Source of the DNA: Eledone cirrhosa
Lineage: Eukaryota
Assembly: GCA_964016885.1 (NCBI GenBank)
Contig: OZ024741.1
Coordinates: 144,956,001 to 145,020,000, forward strand
DNA: 64,000 nt
Direction: 5' to 3'
Shown: positions 53,092 through 64,000 of the stretch, in pieces
Position numbering within the stretch: position 1 is the stretch's first letter
Layout of the letters: each line of letters starts with the position of its first letter
Translations under genes and position numbers: made by a program
The notes under the pieces: generated by a model
The model's input: the letters and a program-made list of their open reading frames with translations, nothing else
What the model was told of the DNA's origin: nothing
Database searches by the model: none

Positions 53092-54054
53092 TTTCTTTAT
53101 TTGCCACAGGGGCATACAAAAATGGAACATTACAAGACATGACAGCGGGGGTTTAACATAAAAATCATATAACTTTAACATTAATAAATAACAATAAACT
53201 CTATATAATAAAATAACAATTGAAATCCTCAATAGGGGAGAACGTTACTGCATTGTTGTTTTACACCCTGTGGATAGAACAACCCTCAACACCAGGAACA
53301 GGTGTTCCTGTCTTCCCTCTGTTTATCTTCCTCAACCTACAGGTTTATATACAGAGAAGGCCCATTTAGTTGGGTTATTTTCACCACATTCACCTACCTT
53401 TCAGCGAATTTACTGGGGTGTAGCACCTCTCTCTCCACTCTCACCTTCCTTCTGAAGTAGTACTTAAAGAAGGGGATGAGTTGTTGTCCAGAGAGAAAGG
53501 TGTTTGTCCTCAGTCCTTTTAACCTCGTCCACCATATTGCCTCTTTCGCCATAGCCACCAGATAGAGGAAAACCGCCTCTCCTTCATTTTTAAATGAAGG
53601 CGGCGGTGTGATCCTCACGATGGACTTGGCTGACAACTGGATGCGTCCCACACGTGACAGTAGCTGTTTGACATAATTTCACAGGTAGGTCACCCGTGGG
53701 CACTGCACAATTGCGTGCAGAACAGTTTGATGTTCTGCTCGCATCTTGGACAGGTCCTTTTGGCAGGATCTCTGCCAGGGCGTCTGTGCCTGTAGATTTT
53801 GTCTCAAACTGGTAGAGCCCCTTGGTAGTACTGCCAGGCTAGAGACCTCTGGAAGTTATCCATAGGCCCTGGACGGAAAGTCCTCCCGAACAGACTGGTC
53901 AGTTCATCTTCCTCGATGCCTAGAGTTTCTCTGAGAATGTCGTTGCACTTATCCTTCACTAATCCCTTATAGAATGTCGAAATGGAGTCTCCGCTGATTG
54001 CCGATTCCGCTTGGTAGAGGGCTGTAAGCGCCTGAAGGCACTCGAGGTGCCAGA
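53092..54054 (-). mobile_element. L1/Tx1-clade LINE 3' fragment (ORF2 C-terminal zinc-knuckle region)
   Basis: FQRSLAWQ...GALPV, CPRC...TVLHAIVQCP, AKEAIWWTR motifs; frameshifted. Confidence 0.78.
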
Positions 54055-54510
54055 AACATATATATAGAGAGAAGAAGAGACATCCAGGCACAAAGGGATA
54101 GTAAACATTATGATTGTTACTTCCAATCAAATATACCTTGGTACCATGCTTTTGCTGTGAGTTATAGGTGATGCACCATACTGGTCTGGTACTTTCTTTA
54201 TAAGCTCCAAAAAGGATATAAGGCAATCTATATGAACTTTTGTGAGATTTGAATCGAGAGTGCAGAAATCCAGAACAAATACCCAATGCTTAAATGAATG
54301 ATTCTGGCAATATAAAATGACATAATGAGAAACAGATTTTAAGCAAGAAAGAATTTTTATGTATGTGTGTATATATATAATCTATGCAGTTCCTTTGAAG
54401 AATCAATGAATATATTTATGAGTATCTGTATATCTGATGAATATCACCAGGAAATTTTATGTAATTCTCAATATCTGCATAGTATAGATAAACATTATTT
54501 ATTTCTCACA

Positions 54511-54699
54511 TGGTGGTGGATTGGCAGTATCGGTAGAGGGTCAGACGCCATGCTTTCTAACATAGTTATGTCCCTTTATGATCTGAGTTCAAATCCCGCT
54601 GAGGTTAAATTTGCCTTTCATCCTTACGGGGTCGATAAAAAAATAAAGTTCCAGTAATGTACTGGGTAATTGCTGGCCTTGTGCCAAAAAGTAGAAACA
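54511..54699 (+). mobile_element. SINE family A
   Basis: 16-bp TSD ATTATTTATTTCTCAC (54494-54509 / 54700-54715). Confidence 0.92.
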
Positions 54700-55195
54700 A
54701 TTATTTATTTCTCACCCAACTTCTTGTTCCAAGATTTGGTGACTATTAAATAAGTTTTAAATACCTTTTATGCATTAATAAAAACAAGTGTGATTGATCA
54801 AGTTGGAGGGTTTGAATATGGCAGAGCTGGAGATACATGACTCTTCAGTTATTTTTCTCTAATACAGATAGAAAACCAGGAAGAAAATTCATTAGAGAAT
54901 CAGTAAGAAATATTGAATGTAAGTGATATGAGACTTAATTAATACAAGAAACTGAAATATCTCACACTACTTTACAAGATCTGTTTGATACTTGAACAGT
55001 TGGTTGCACTTAAGATTATGGCAATTATAAATTATTTCTGATTTTTGTTTTGAGTCCTTTTAAATGAAATGGAATTGGTGAAATATATTCATTCATTTTA
55101 TTACAGTAGACTTTGGTTTTTTAAAGCACTTAAGATATTTGGATTTTTAGTTTGTTTAAACAAATTTACAAGATATAAAGGTCATAAATATAGGT

Positions 55196-57851
55196 ATCAT
55201 CATCACCGTTTTACGTCCGTTCTTCCATGCTAGCATGGGTTAGACGGGTTGTCCTGTTGTGGGCAGTGTCTGGTCGGCTGACCATGCCTTGCTCATACAG
55301 GAACTGATTTGGCTTGATTTCTACAGCTGGATGCCCTTCCTAACACCAACCTCATTTACAGTGAGTGCTGGGTGCTTTTTCGTGGTGCCTACACGTCCAC
55401 TTACAGTGTGGGCTGGGTGCTTTTTTGCCGTGGCACATCCACGACCACCTTGCGGTGGAGTGTGTGGGGGCATATTGTCTATATGCTTCAGCTTGTACCC
55501 ATGGGAGGTCGGGTACTCTGTATTACTGCGTGACGCCAGAGGTCACAGTCGTGTGTCATTGTCTTTGAGAGGTGTAATTGGGTAAGGTCGGCTTTTATCA
55601 CCTCATCCCAGGTCATCTTGGGTCTCCCCACTCCGCGGTTTCCATCAACTTCTAGTGCTCTGCACCTTTTTATGCAGCTGTCATCATACCAGCGCAACCG
55701 CCTCTCCTGCACACAGCATTTGATTCCTCTTATGCTCAGTCTCTCTCTCAATTCATTTATGCTTTGTCGTTCACGTATATTACTGTTACACATCCATCGG
55801 AGCATGCAGGCTTCGTTTCTCTCTAATCTACGTAAGTCTTCCACCTTCAGCACCCAGGTCTCACTACCATGCAACATTGCTGTTCGGATACATGCATCAT
55901 ACAGTCTGCCTTTCATTCTGAGGGAGAAGCCTTTTGCAGCTAGCAGTGGTAGTAGTTCCCTAAACTTCTTCCATCCCGTTCTTACCCTAGTTATTGTACT
56001 TTCTGAACACCCACCTCCCCTGCTAATTCGGTCACCTAGGTAACAGAAGCTGTCTACTGTTTCTACAGAGCCCTCCCAGAGATTGGTGGTACTTGTTTCC
56101 TGTGGCTGTTTGCTGCTTGCTGTCCCAGCACAGCTGCTGCATGTGAAGCCTACATTCTTAATTAAGCTTCCTGAGATCCCGCTACATCTTTTGTGTACCC
56201 ATTGTTTGCATTTGGGGCAGAGAATGGAGTTCCTACCTACACCTTTCCTACATACTGAGCAAGGCCATTTCCCTGAGGGGATCTGGGTTCTGTTTTCTCG
56301 TCTACTTACAAGGACCTTAGTCTTTGTCATGTTGACTTTGAGACCCTTTCTTTCTAGTCCCTGCTTCCAAGTTTGGAAATTATTCTCTAGTTCTACCATA
56401 GATTCAGCTATGAGTGTGAGGTCATCAGCATACAGGAGTTCCCATGGGCATCCGGTCTTAAACTCCTCCGTTATTGCCTGCAGGACTATGATGAACAGGA
56501 GGGGGCTAATAACAGAGCCCTGGTGGACCCCATCCTGTACGCTAAATTCCTCGCTATACTCATTGCTAATCCTAACTTTGCTGACTGCTCCCCTATACAT
56601 GGCTTCTATACATGCCATTCATAAGCCATTCATCTACTCCTAGTTTTCTAAGAGCCCACCAGATTACAGCACATGGAACTCTGTCAAAGGCTTTCTCGAG
56701 GTCGACAAATGCCAAGTAGAGTGGCTTACTTTTAGCTAGGTACTTTTCCTGTAACTGCCTCATAAGGAAGAGGGCATCAGTGGTGCCTCTTCCTGGTACA
56801 AACCCAAATTGCATCTCGTCTATTTTCACCCGGTCCCTAATCAACTGTGCTATAACTCTTTCTGTTACTTTCATGACCTGGTCCATCAGCTTTATACCTC
56901 TATAGTTTCCTCTATCTAGTGCATCACCTTTACCTTTGTAGCAGTTGACAATGATGCTACTGCACCAATCTTTTGGTATGACACCTTCTAGTATTACCTG
57001 GTTAACAATACATGTGGTTATAGTGTGACCTACAGACCCAGATGCCTTCAGCATCTCGGCAGCTATACCCGATGGACCGGTTGCCTTCCCTATCTTCATA
57101 TCTTTGATTGCCTTACTTACTACGTTGCTGCTGACTTGTACTGCTGGCCCCTCTATAGGGTCTACTTGGGGTAGGGTCTCTTCTTCCCAAGCATTCTCCT
57201 CATTTAGTAATCTATCATAATGACTCTTCCATGCATCTTTCTTCTCAGCACTTGTGAGGGCAAGCTCACCTTTATCATTCCGGATACACTTCTCTCCAAT
57301 GACATCACAACTATCTCTGACACACTGCCTCGCAATCTTGAATACCTCCTGTTTCTGGTCCTCACGTTGCAAAACATGCTTGAATTTTCTATCCTCTGCT
57401 TCCCTCCTAGCTAAGTATACTTGTCGCCTAGCTTCCCTCTTGGTCTCTATGTAATGTACCCTGCTCCCCCCCGTTCTTCCATTCTTTCCATGCCTGTCTC
57501 TTGGCCTTAACTGCTTCATCTACCTTATTGTTCCACCACCAAGTCACTCTCCTCCTGCATGAGGTCTTACTCCAGCCACAGACCTCATCCGTCGCCTCTA
57601 GTAAATTATTTTTTAGGAACTCCCAGTTCTCTTCTATATTAAATGTCTGTATCTGTTCTTCTTTACTGTCATAGGCGTTGAGTAAAATATCTTTAAATCT
57701 GTTACTGGTTGAGGGAACTTTCAGCTTCCAGATCTTTCTTCTCCAGGTTGGCCTCTGTTTCCAGGTTCGTCTAGTTCTGACCGTGAGGTCGCTGACAACT
57801 AAGCTATGTTGGGATGTACATTCCTCACTAGGGAAGGCTTATGTGTTTACT

Positions 57852-57853
<2 letters not shown>
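55196..57853 (-). mobile_element. 5'-truncated RTE LINE, subfamily 2 (end of APE endonuclease plus RT; frameshifted)
   Basis: ORFs 56593-57519 and 55488-56618 are homologous to 36279-38044; frameshift at a GCCATTCAT duplication (~56614-56633); SQHSLVVSDL endonuclease-terminal motif at ~57786-57815; (GAT)n tail. Confidence 0.95.
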
Positions 57854-57905
<52 letters not shown>

Positions 57906-57919
57906 CATAAATATATATA

Positions 57920-58135
57920 AGTGGTCATGGAGGTATCACAACAAAAAACACCCAGTACCCACTGTAAATGAGGTTGGTATTAGGGAGGGCATCCAGCTGT
58001 AGAAATCAAGCCAAAATCAGTTCTGTATAAGCAAAGCATGCTCACCTGACCTAGCATTGCCCATAACAGGACAACTCGTCTACCCATGCTAGCATGGAAG
58101 AATGGACGTAAAACGGTGATGTTGGTGATGATGAT
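57920..58135 (+). mobile_element. RTE 3' UTR fragment
   Basis: Subfamily-2 3' end with GAT tail. Confidence 0.8.
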
Positions 58136-58284
58136 ATATATAAACCCATAGAACAAATATTTATTATTAGCAAAGATTACAAAAAAACGATTTCTGCTTT
58201 CATCCTAAAGCAGGATCTTCTTTAGGGTGAAAGCAGAAATCGTTTGCTTATACTTTTAAGCTGTGCTAATCCCCATAATAATAA

Positions 58285-58463
58285 TTGTTTCTACTTTTGG
58301 CACAAGGCCAGCAATTATCCCAGTGCATTATTGGTGCTTTATTTTATCGACACCATAAGGATGAAAGGCAATGTTAACCGTGGCGTGATTTGAACTCAGA
58401 CCATAAGGGGCCGTAACTCTATGCTGAAAAGCGTGGCATCCGACCCTCTACTGATTCTGCCAA
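58285..58463 (-). mobile_element. SINE family A
   Basis: Diverged reverse complement of 1783-1963. Confidence 0.85.
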
Positions 58464-61400
58464 GAGTAATAATCATTATCATCATCGTTTTACATACATT
58501 TTCCACACTAGCATGGTTTGTCCCATTTGAGGCAAATTGTGCCAGGTGACCATGTCTTGCTCATATAGAACTGTTTCTGACTAGGTCTCTATGGCTGGAT
58601 GCCATTCCTAATGCCAACCACATTTACAGTGTGTGCTGGGTGCTTTTTGCCATGAAATACATGACCACCTTACAGTCTGATCTGGGTGCTTTTTTTCGTG
58701 ACGCCCACAAGACCACATTACAGTGTGGGCTAGATATATTTTGTTTACAGTGTAAGGGTGGTGCAGACAGGAGTGGGTGGGTGAGGGTATAGTGGTTAAG
58801 AGAATAATAATAATAATAATTATATATATATATATATATTTGTATACATATAACAAGCTTCTGTTTCCCAATTTTGTTCACAAGGCATTGATCAACCTAA
58901 GGCTATAGTAGAAGACATTTGCCCCAGGTAACATGTTGTGGGATAGAATAAAAAAACTGCATGGTTGTAAAGCAAACTTAACCACATAACCATGCCTGTA
59001 CCTGTCCTCTGGAATTCTCTCTCTGACTGTATTTTCCAACAACAAATGTCAACCCAAAGATGTTGAGATTGGACATCAACTTTACCAATATCACCAATCC
59101 TGGGAAGATGGAGCTTGTCTGCAAAGGTGTGTATGCTGTGCCTTATTTTAACTAAACAATAAATATAGTAATAAAGGCTCACTGAAATGATATGATAGAC
59201 ACAGAGTCAAACATCTCGATTGGTACTCCAGCAATTGGCTGAACCATTTACATGAACTTGATTTGTTTTTTAATGGAATAACATGATATAGACTCTAACT
59301 CCTTTAGTTGTTTCATTTATTGGACTGCAGTTATGCCTTGAAGGTATTTAGTTGATCATATCAACCCCAGTATTTATATTTTCAAGTATGGTACTTTATC
59401 CTTTTTTTTTTAGTCATTAGTTTATGGGACATAAACAAGTAATAAATGTAAACACTTACATGGACACACACATATATATACATATATGGGCTTCCACACC
59501 TTTTTCACCCACCAAATTTCACTCACAAAATACTGGTCAATCCAATGTTGTAATAGAAAACACTTGCTCAAGGCACTACACAGTGAGATTGAACCCGAAA
59601 CCACATGGTTGCGAAGGAGACACTTTAACCACACTACCATGCATGAGCCTATTTGTATAGCAATAAACTAAACTTACAGATTCCCTTTAAAGAGTTCAGA
59701 GTTAAGTCTATAGCTGCTAAGTCAATTAACGTATATTGGATATTTATTGAAAAATGTATGACATTGTCTGGCTTCAGATATGAGAAAAACATGAAAGTTT
59801 GAAAAGGAGAGAAAAATATTTAAATCATGGATAATATCCAATATATTTTATTATATGTGATATTTTAATCATATAATTAATACAGTTTCATCATCATTTT
59901 TTCAGCAAGTAAATTAGTTGGATTACAAATTTTTGTATAACTAAAAGGTATTTTTAATCTTTTTAATTTTTTAATTTATTTTTCTATATAATTGAGAAGA
60001 TAATAAATGTTGTTTACAACATCAAATTTGGAGGAAAAATGTTCTTTATTCAAAAACTGTAGTTGCATCTACATTAAATTTACTTTAAATTTTCTAATAA
60101 ACACTGTATTCTGCAAAAATATTTACTATTTAATTAATTACACTGCCAAACAGATGCACATCATCCAAATTAGACTGACCATTTCAGTTATGTTCTACAC
60201 TCTGCTAGACCTCCATTGGTTCCAGAGACTTGAACAATAGAACAGCCTGCTTGCAAAATTAATGTACATGTGGTTGAGTATTACACAACACGTGCACCTT
60301 TAATAATAAGCAAATATTATGAGTTTACAGAAGCATCAAATCCAATGGTTTAGCCCTGTTGTTCAACAACTTAAAATATCTATGGTCTACTGAGTATTCA
60401 GTTGAAATTTCCGAGGTTCATGGAAAAGAGGCAGACTTACGAAAATATGGTAAGACAATATCTCAGAGGACCTGAAAACTGCTGCTTTTGATGAGTGAAT
60501 GACTGGTTCCAGAAACAGGCCTGATAGTGTCTAATAGAATCAGGCCTAAAGGAGGCAATCCAAATATAGCTAACAAAGGCATTGAATAGCTCTCCGCAGG
60601 AATCATCATTGTCAACCAAATAATCTACCTATTAATACATCTTGCTAAGGACAAGATAAAAACTATTTAATCATTTCACTGACTGCATGATACTCTAATC
60701 TGGTTATCACAAATCTGTGAAGAGATCATTATTCATTTTGGAGTTTTTAATTTAAACAAGAGAATTTAGATTTGCACTTATTAGGCCTCACTTATTTGGA
60801 ATAGTACCGGATATAGAAAACCTAATTCATTATGGCACTCCTCACACACATAAACACACACACATTTTCCTGTCTCTATAATGATAAACGTGACAATGCT
60901 TTAAGCTAAATACAGTAAAGTAATCAAGCTTAGTTCTAAATTAAACTCCAGTACAGTTTACAACTGTATGCTATTTAAACACAATGCCAAGAAAATAATG
61001 GTTACTGAGTGAAATAAAACCTTCCCTCACTCTTTACTCTGCCTCCAAATTGCTTAATTTCACAATCTCACAATCGGTGAATAAACATTCATAAAAGGAA
61101 AATTTTTTCTCCCAATTGGAAAATTCATATGAAAGCAAAATAGTAATTCCATTTTCATTAACTTGAAAGAATTGCAATTCTCGTAGGAAAGAAAGAGACA
61201 AAAGAGCTAATTATGTCATAATTCTTGCCAACCATTCTGGTATGTTTGTAGTTAGAAGTTGATTTAGCAGGAAAATTTATAAAACTTTTCTTTTTAAATG
61301 TTTTATCTTTGTTTGCCATATTTCCAAAGGCAGAATTTGTGGAGCCTCAAATAAAAGGTATTTATTTTGGCTCTTTACAATCTGAGTTCAAATCCTGTCA

Positions 61401-61991
61401 TTCTTCAGGGACCCAATAAAATAAAATATGAGTCAAGTATTGGTGTTGATATAATCAACTTTACTCTTCCTCCAAAATTGCTTGTCTCGTGCTTAAATTA
61501 GACATCTATATTTTGAAATGCAGAACAAGCTGGTAGAGAGGTCAATAAAATGTGTAGCAGGTGGTATGTAGTGGAGTTGATGCAATCTTTTAATTTTCAC
61601 CTGTTTTACATCCATTTTTCCAAGCTTGCATAGGTTGGATGAGGGCAAGAGTTTTGAGTCTGTCAGGGAACAATGGAGAGGGGGCAGTGAATGGCACTGC
61701 CACCCTACATTTCCATCATGCACTCTGATATAAAGAAAATAGAATTTATAAAAAAAAACCAACAAGAAATACATTCCTTATGAAAGTGTGCCCACCCAGA
61801 ATGATATGAAGACCCTGCTGCCACACCCAGAATACTAAAGTCTGGTGACACTTTGCAGAGTTTATCCCAATTCCATGTGGCATTAAGTAGCTGAGAGTAC
61901 AAGACTTTCACCCTCTTTACTATCAAATGAGACATAAATAAAGAGATGGTAAGGAAACAAGAGTAAGGACAAAGGTAACATGATTGTGCAG

Positions 61992-62255
61992 TTAACTCTT
62001 TCGATACCAAACCACCTGAAACCACCTCTGATTTTACAATACAAAACTGTTCATCTTAAAGTGTTTATAGTCATCTAAAAAACCTTTCATCATAGTTTTA
62101 TATTAAAACTTCTGTTCATTTATATTCCCAAACCATCTTACTAATGAGAAAGCTAGTTATTTTACTAAATTTCTCCAGCTTCTTAATTATTTTCAAAATG
62201 ATTTGAAAATCATAGGCAGCGTTGTTCATTAAACATATGGAAATGAAAGAGTTAA
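61992..62255. mobile_element. TTAA-flanked MITE-like element (piggyBac-type ends, degenerate)
   Basis: TTAA-CTCTTTCGATACC ... GGAAATGAAAGAG-TTAA; related ends at ~18126, 20086, 47972 and 62406. Confidence 0.5.
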
Positions 62256-62537
62256 AGTGTTCATATTTATTTAAAAACCCCCCATCATAGTTCTATGGAA
62301 GAACTTTTGTTAAGTTATGTCCCAAACACAGCTTAATAATGAGGAAGATAGTAAATCTGTCCAAATTCTTGATTATTTCATTAGAAATATAGTAATGAAA
62401 AGGTTAATATATTGGGTTTAACTCTTTTTGACCAGCCAATCTGAGAATGTCTAAGGTCTCTTGTACTGCTACAAGTTGGGCTGTTTTCTCTATGTGGATT
62501 TTAGTTAGTGTTTTTGTTATTTAGCCCTAGGTCAACC

Positions 62538-62835
62538 TACAGCTCCCATGACTTTCAGAAACATTTTTTCATGTTCAGAGTTGCTGAAGCATGGAACAAA
62601 CTACCTGCATCAGTTGTTAGATGTCGGGACAATGCATCCTTCAAAACTTCCATACTTCCCGAAATTCACCAACACTGCGCCTGATATTCCCCCTCCATAC
62701 ACCATATGCATGTCTGTGTGTATATTATAACTCATACTCTGTTCACTTTCTGACATTTGTACATTATTCTATATACTATACATACACCTTTGATGAATTG
62801 TAGTGCACCTGAGCACTGTATACAATAATTTTCAT
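62538..62835 (+). mobile_element. CR1 LINE 3' fragment
   Basis: Reverse complement of 45350-45640. Confidence 0.88.
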
Positions 62836-64000
62836 TAATATTATTTCATTATTAATCAAGGGATATATGTTTTCTTTATTTGTAGACATATGATTGAACT
62901 TATTTCAGGCACAAACATTAAGTGTTTTTTATTTTATTTTATCTTATTTATTTTATATAGTTATTTATTTATTTTTACAAGCATAGTGTTTATGTACAAC
63001 TAAATTATCAAATATTTTCTTTTTTGAAGCAAAAGGACATGATTTGCGATTTGGCTGCTGTTTCTAGTAGATTGAACAATCATCTAGAGATAGGGATAGA
63101 TAGGTCATATAGGGAGATAGCAATCAATGTTTAGTGAGTTGGTGTGACAGTCAGAGATAGGGATATTTTTACATTAACATAATTAGGATATGAAATTTTA
63201 AATTGTTCTCCAACAAGAAATGTGAATTTTAATTCAATTTTCATCAATATTATATATATTCGGTATATAAGGATGCAATTCACTTCTAGCACTCAACGCC
63301 ATATTCCCATGACATCCATCACTATAATACTAGTAAATTAGTGCAGGCTGGTTGTTTCTTCTATTTTTAACTGGAGATTTGGGATCTCATTTTGAAGTAC
63401 GTAGTTGATTTTGTCTGATGAGTAGGGTTGAATGTAGGTTTATGGATTATGTTTCCTCGAGATTGTAAATAGCAAGGAATTGATGTAGATTTAAATACAA
63501 GTTAAGGCAATTGACGGTCTTAGGTTCATATATGCGCATGTGTGTGTATGTATGAGTGTATGTATATGTGTGTATGAGTATGTATGTCTACGCATAAATA
63601 CACAGAAGCTCATTATAGCAATATATTGCGAATAAAGGATCTATGATATATATTGTAAAATTGTGAATAGAGAATTTATATTTAATTTTACATAATGGAT
63701 GTAAAATTGATTAAAAATATATGGTACAACAGCACCAGCAGCAATGCCTAAAACAGCACCATAAATAATAATAACCACCTCAACAATATCACAAACAACA
63801 ATCACAACCTTAACAGCAAAAACAACAGCTTTCTTATAAAAAATAACAACAATATTATCATATTTGCAGCAACATCTGCAACCAAAGTTAATTACATTAA
63901 CAATAAAACTTTAATGTACAAGAAAGTCTGGTTTAGAATTGCTTCCAACCAATAATGACAATTTATATACATAAGAGCTAGCTAATGCATCATTTACAAT

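Noticed and set aside
60441-60628. Possible minus-strand host exon (AG...GTAAG, open frame VDYLVDNDDSCGELF...)
   Set aside because: No recognisable homology and no partner exons; needs RNA-seq.
52629-63421. Isolated CTGATGA matches at 52629, 54434 and 63415
   Set aside because: No stem II plus GAAA and no stem I pairing; chance matches.

Overview
AT-rich, intergenic or intronic animal DNA. The repeat landscape suggests a cephalopod such as octopus, which is inference only. No host gene is confidently recognisable. The window is a patchwork of microsatellites, tRNA-derived SINEs and decayed non-LTR retrotransposons: RTE (one 5'-truncated copy with an open ORF of about 590 codons), CR1, CRE, R4/Dong-like, L1/Tx1 and a Penelope-like element. 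The main finding is a set of type I hammerhead ribozyme (HHR) motifs folded by hand. Ten have stems I-III assignable, and there are several relics, all in non-coding tandem or inverted repeat elements. The standout is an array of three identical 591-bp units (14882-16672) inside a (TA)n tract. Each unit carries a hammerhead with the non-canonical core UUGAUAA (a compensatory U3-A8 pair), a branched stem II and a palindromic stem III. A diverged ~720-bp relative at 41.0-41.9 kb has the same variant core. Together they look like a retrozyme-type family predicted to release ~600-nt monomer or circular RNAs, possibly mobilised by Penelope-like elements. Ribozyme activity and circularisation are inferred, not demonstrated.
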